Below, in pieces: positions 61,949 through 64,000 of a stretch of DNA of 64,000 bases. Under the pieces are notes generated by a model. That model had not been told where the DNA came from. It did not search any database and saw nothing but the letters and a program-made list of their open reading frames with translations. The position numbers and the translations under genes were made by a program. Numbering within the stretch: the first letter of the stretch is position 1; each line of letters begins with the position of its first letter. The stretch spans positions 124,555 to 188,554 of the forward strand of contig PS015071.1 in the NCBI GenBank assembly GCA_048213135.1, given 5' to 3'. Origin of the DNA: Reclinomonas americana ATCC 50394 (Eukaryota).

Positions 61949-62913
61949 TGGCTTCGGCGGAGTCGTTTACTCCATCGACGATTACACCGAATACGGCTGG
62001 GCAGACAGTGACGGTAACGGGGCGCGCATTGTCAGCAAGTGATACTGTGCGATTGGTGTCCGGCGGAACGTGCGTGAGTGGCACGACGACGTACAACATG
62101 ACGAGTGGAGCGTTGGGTGGATCGGCTGGAGCGCGTACGCTGACTGTGTCGACGGGCAACACCAGTTTGGCGGCCGGATCGTATCTCGTGTGGTTCGCTC
62201 ACTGCATTCATTTTTGATTCTCCTTGTGCAGTACTTGTGTGTCACCCTCGTGTTTGTGTTTGCAGTTACTTGTACGGCGGAACGGGTACGCCAGTGCAAG
62301 TTGGCAGCACGTCTTTAACCGTTGCAACAGGTGTGTTCTATGTTGTATCACTTTGCATCCATTTTCCCGCTTTTCACTCTCTCCTTTGGCAACAGGAACA
62401 AGCGTGACGAGCTTTACGCCGAGCAGCATCACTGCGGAGACGAGTGGAGTGCATGTGACTGTGAGTGGCAGTGGTCTGGCGGATGCGGATGTGGTGCAAG
62501 TTCAGAGTGCGGGATCGTGTACGGGTGCTGGCACCGTGCTGTCTCTCGTTTCGACGGCTGCCGATGGACTGACCACGATTCGGCAAACGACGAGCACGTC
62601 GCTTGCGGCGGGATCGTACTGGGTGTGGTGCGTGTGTTTGTGTCGTTTGGATTGGAAGACATGCATGTGTGCAACGAGCGAAGAAGCGTTCGTGCTTTAG
62701 CAAGCAAGCAAGAGAGTTAGAGAGAGAGAGAGGGAGAAGAAGATCTACGAACGAGATTGCATGTTTCGTCTTGAACTGATCACACTGGCGTGTGCTTTCT
62801 CTCCAGCATTCACTTTGCGAGCGCGGGTGCGGGTGTCTGGCAGCAAGTACCAGGCGTACTGACAGTAGGTGCGTGTCTGTGTGGCATGTGTTGAACTGAG
62901 AACTGTCACCCTT

Positions 62914-62949
<36 letters not shown>

Positions 62950-64000
62950 CGTCTGCGTTTTTTTATGTAGATGCTCATGCTGATTTTGATGTGTGATGTG
63001 CAGTGGCGTCGGCGGAGTCGTTTTCTCCGTCGACGATTACACCCAACACGGCTGGCCAGACGGTGACAGTGACTGGGCGAGCATTGTCAGCAAGTGATGC
63101 TGTGCGATTGGTGTCTGGTGGCACCTGCGTGAGTGGCACGACAACGTACAACATGACGAGCGGAGCAGTGGGTGGGTCGGCTGGAGCTCGCACGCTGACC
63201 GTGTCGACGGGCAACGCCAGTCTGGCGGCCGGATCGTATCTCGTGTGGTTCGTTTCTGCGTTCATTTTTTTGTTTCTCTTCGTGCACTGCTTGTGTGACA
63301 ATCCTCGTGTTTGTGTTTGCAGTTACTTGTACGGCGGAACAGGGACGCCAGTGCAAGTTGGCAGCACATCGCTTCTCGTCAGCAACGGTGAGTTCATTTA
63401 CTCATGATAATATTAGCCAGCACACATGATTATTGACTGTCGTATTCTCGATCGTATCAGCGTCGTCGGCAACGACAAACGCCGCGTCAGCAGTGTCGTC
63501 GCTCACTGCGACACTGAATGGCCTGGTCACCAACGTTTCTGCGTCGGCGAGCAACAACTACTTTGAGCTCGCGGTCGACAGCGGGGATTTCTCGACGGCG
63601 TCCGCGGTCAGCACCTTTGCTGGCAGTTTTGGCACACACGGCTTCAAGAACGACGACCGACTGCATGCGATATTTAATCAGCCGTGGGTGAGTGTCAGTG
63701 GCTAAGTTTGTCGCTGTTGTTCGGTGTTAAATTGCTGACTTACACATGTGTGTTGTGTTGTGTTGTGTGTGAGTAGGGAATGACTTCGGATGCACGTGGC
63801 AATCTGTATATCTCAGACTACACGTTGCGTAGATGTCTGTGTGCGACACTGCTGTTATGGTGCCATGTGTATTAACTTTGGTGAATGTGCGGGGTGTGCA
63901 GCAATCAATGCATCCGATTTGTCGACATTCACTCTGGAGATGTGTCGACATACACTGGCGGATGTGGCCAGACGCACGACTATGTGAACGGCGGTCCGTC
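42460..64000 (+). CDS. Giant secreted or surface protein with repeated FN3-nested NHL beta-propellers and IPT/Ig-like domains; runs off the window
   Basis: Signal-peptide exon 42460-42532 (MRRHALPLLFLSLLCIACVAHVAY, phase-1 GTGAGT donor) joins the phase-1 acceptor at 43315. NHL blades such as FNDPRGIVGDSEGNLYLVEAVNNCIRFIDVSSGMVSTFAG. FN3 ends such as QLTPGSANYFRAV...GSTLSFTT. IPT-like starts such as TSFSPSSITAETSGVQIVVTG. Confidence 0.85.
50114..51391 (-). other. Inverted, probably misplaced contig carrying the first half of an A-type FN3/NHL module
   Basis: Its reverse complement begins GGTCTGGTCACCAAC and ends TGCACTCTGA, which abut exactly the two edges of gap 56476-56671. Confidence 0.85.
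54790..63560 (+). repeat. Intragenic super-repeat (A-a-B-b-c-d-c'), apparent period about 7 kb (about 8 kb once the undersized gap is filled), introns included
   Basis: 54790-56475 is near-identical to 61870-63520 in exons and introns. 44806-47150 corresponds to 56672-59560. B-module copies near 48335, 52285 and 60165. Confidence 0.9.
57867..58337. repeat. Compound intronic microsatellites (GAGAG)n, (GT)n, (GA)n, (GCT)n, (GTT)n
   Basis: Directly visible runs within one intron of the giant gene. Confidence 0.9.

Noticed and set aside
1981-63830. Non-GT-AG or U12-type introns
   Set aside because: All junctions I resolved are GT...AG and none has the GTATCCTT U12 donor. The oddity is limited to positions +3 to +7.
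1368-64000. Alternative genetic code or stop-codon readthrough
   Set aside because: The in-frame stops I examined fall inside GT-AG introns, and TAA, TAG and TGA all appear as terminators.
42460-64000. Teneurin call for the NHL-rich giant protein
   Set aside because: No EGF repeats, YD/RHS shell or type-II TM segment visible. It has a signal peptide and repeated propellers instead.

Overview
Intron-rich eukaryotic (protist-like) genomic scaffold with many short GT-AG introns (mostly about 60-100 nt), microsatellite-filled longer introns, N-gaps and very short intergenic spaces. The ORF track is mostly spurious, so I built gene models by joining exons by hand. Ten genes: a beta-lactamase-family serine hydrolase (-, partial); a ubiquitin-like domain + ARM-repeat protein; a UBA6-type ubiquitin E1; a membrane-anchored TPR-like protein (-); a low-complexity protein with an EF-hand-like region; a PH + NmrA-like + SRPBCC + ADP-ribosylglycohydrolase fusion; a hypothetical protein (-); NDC80 (-); a multi-pass membrane protein with LamG, FN3 and PPxY motifs; and a secreted protein gene of more than 21 kb built from super-repeats. 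Main findings: (1) a large class of 5' splice sites whose consensus is shifted one base (GTTGCGT/GTTGAGT/GTTAAGT, mostly with A at -1); (2) six-bladed NHL propellers inserted inside split FN3 domains, with copy-to-copy variation concentrated in propeller loops; (3) the four-domain ARH fusion. Three gap-flanked contigs look inverted or misplaced. Gene models and domain calls come from reading the sequence only; no searches were run and the organism cannot be named.
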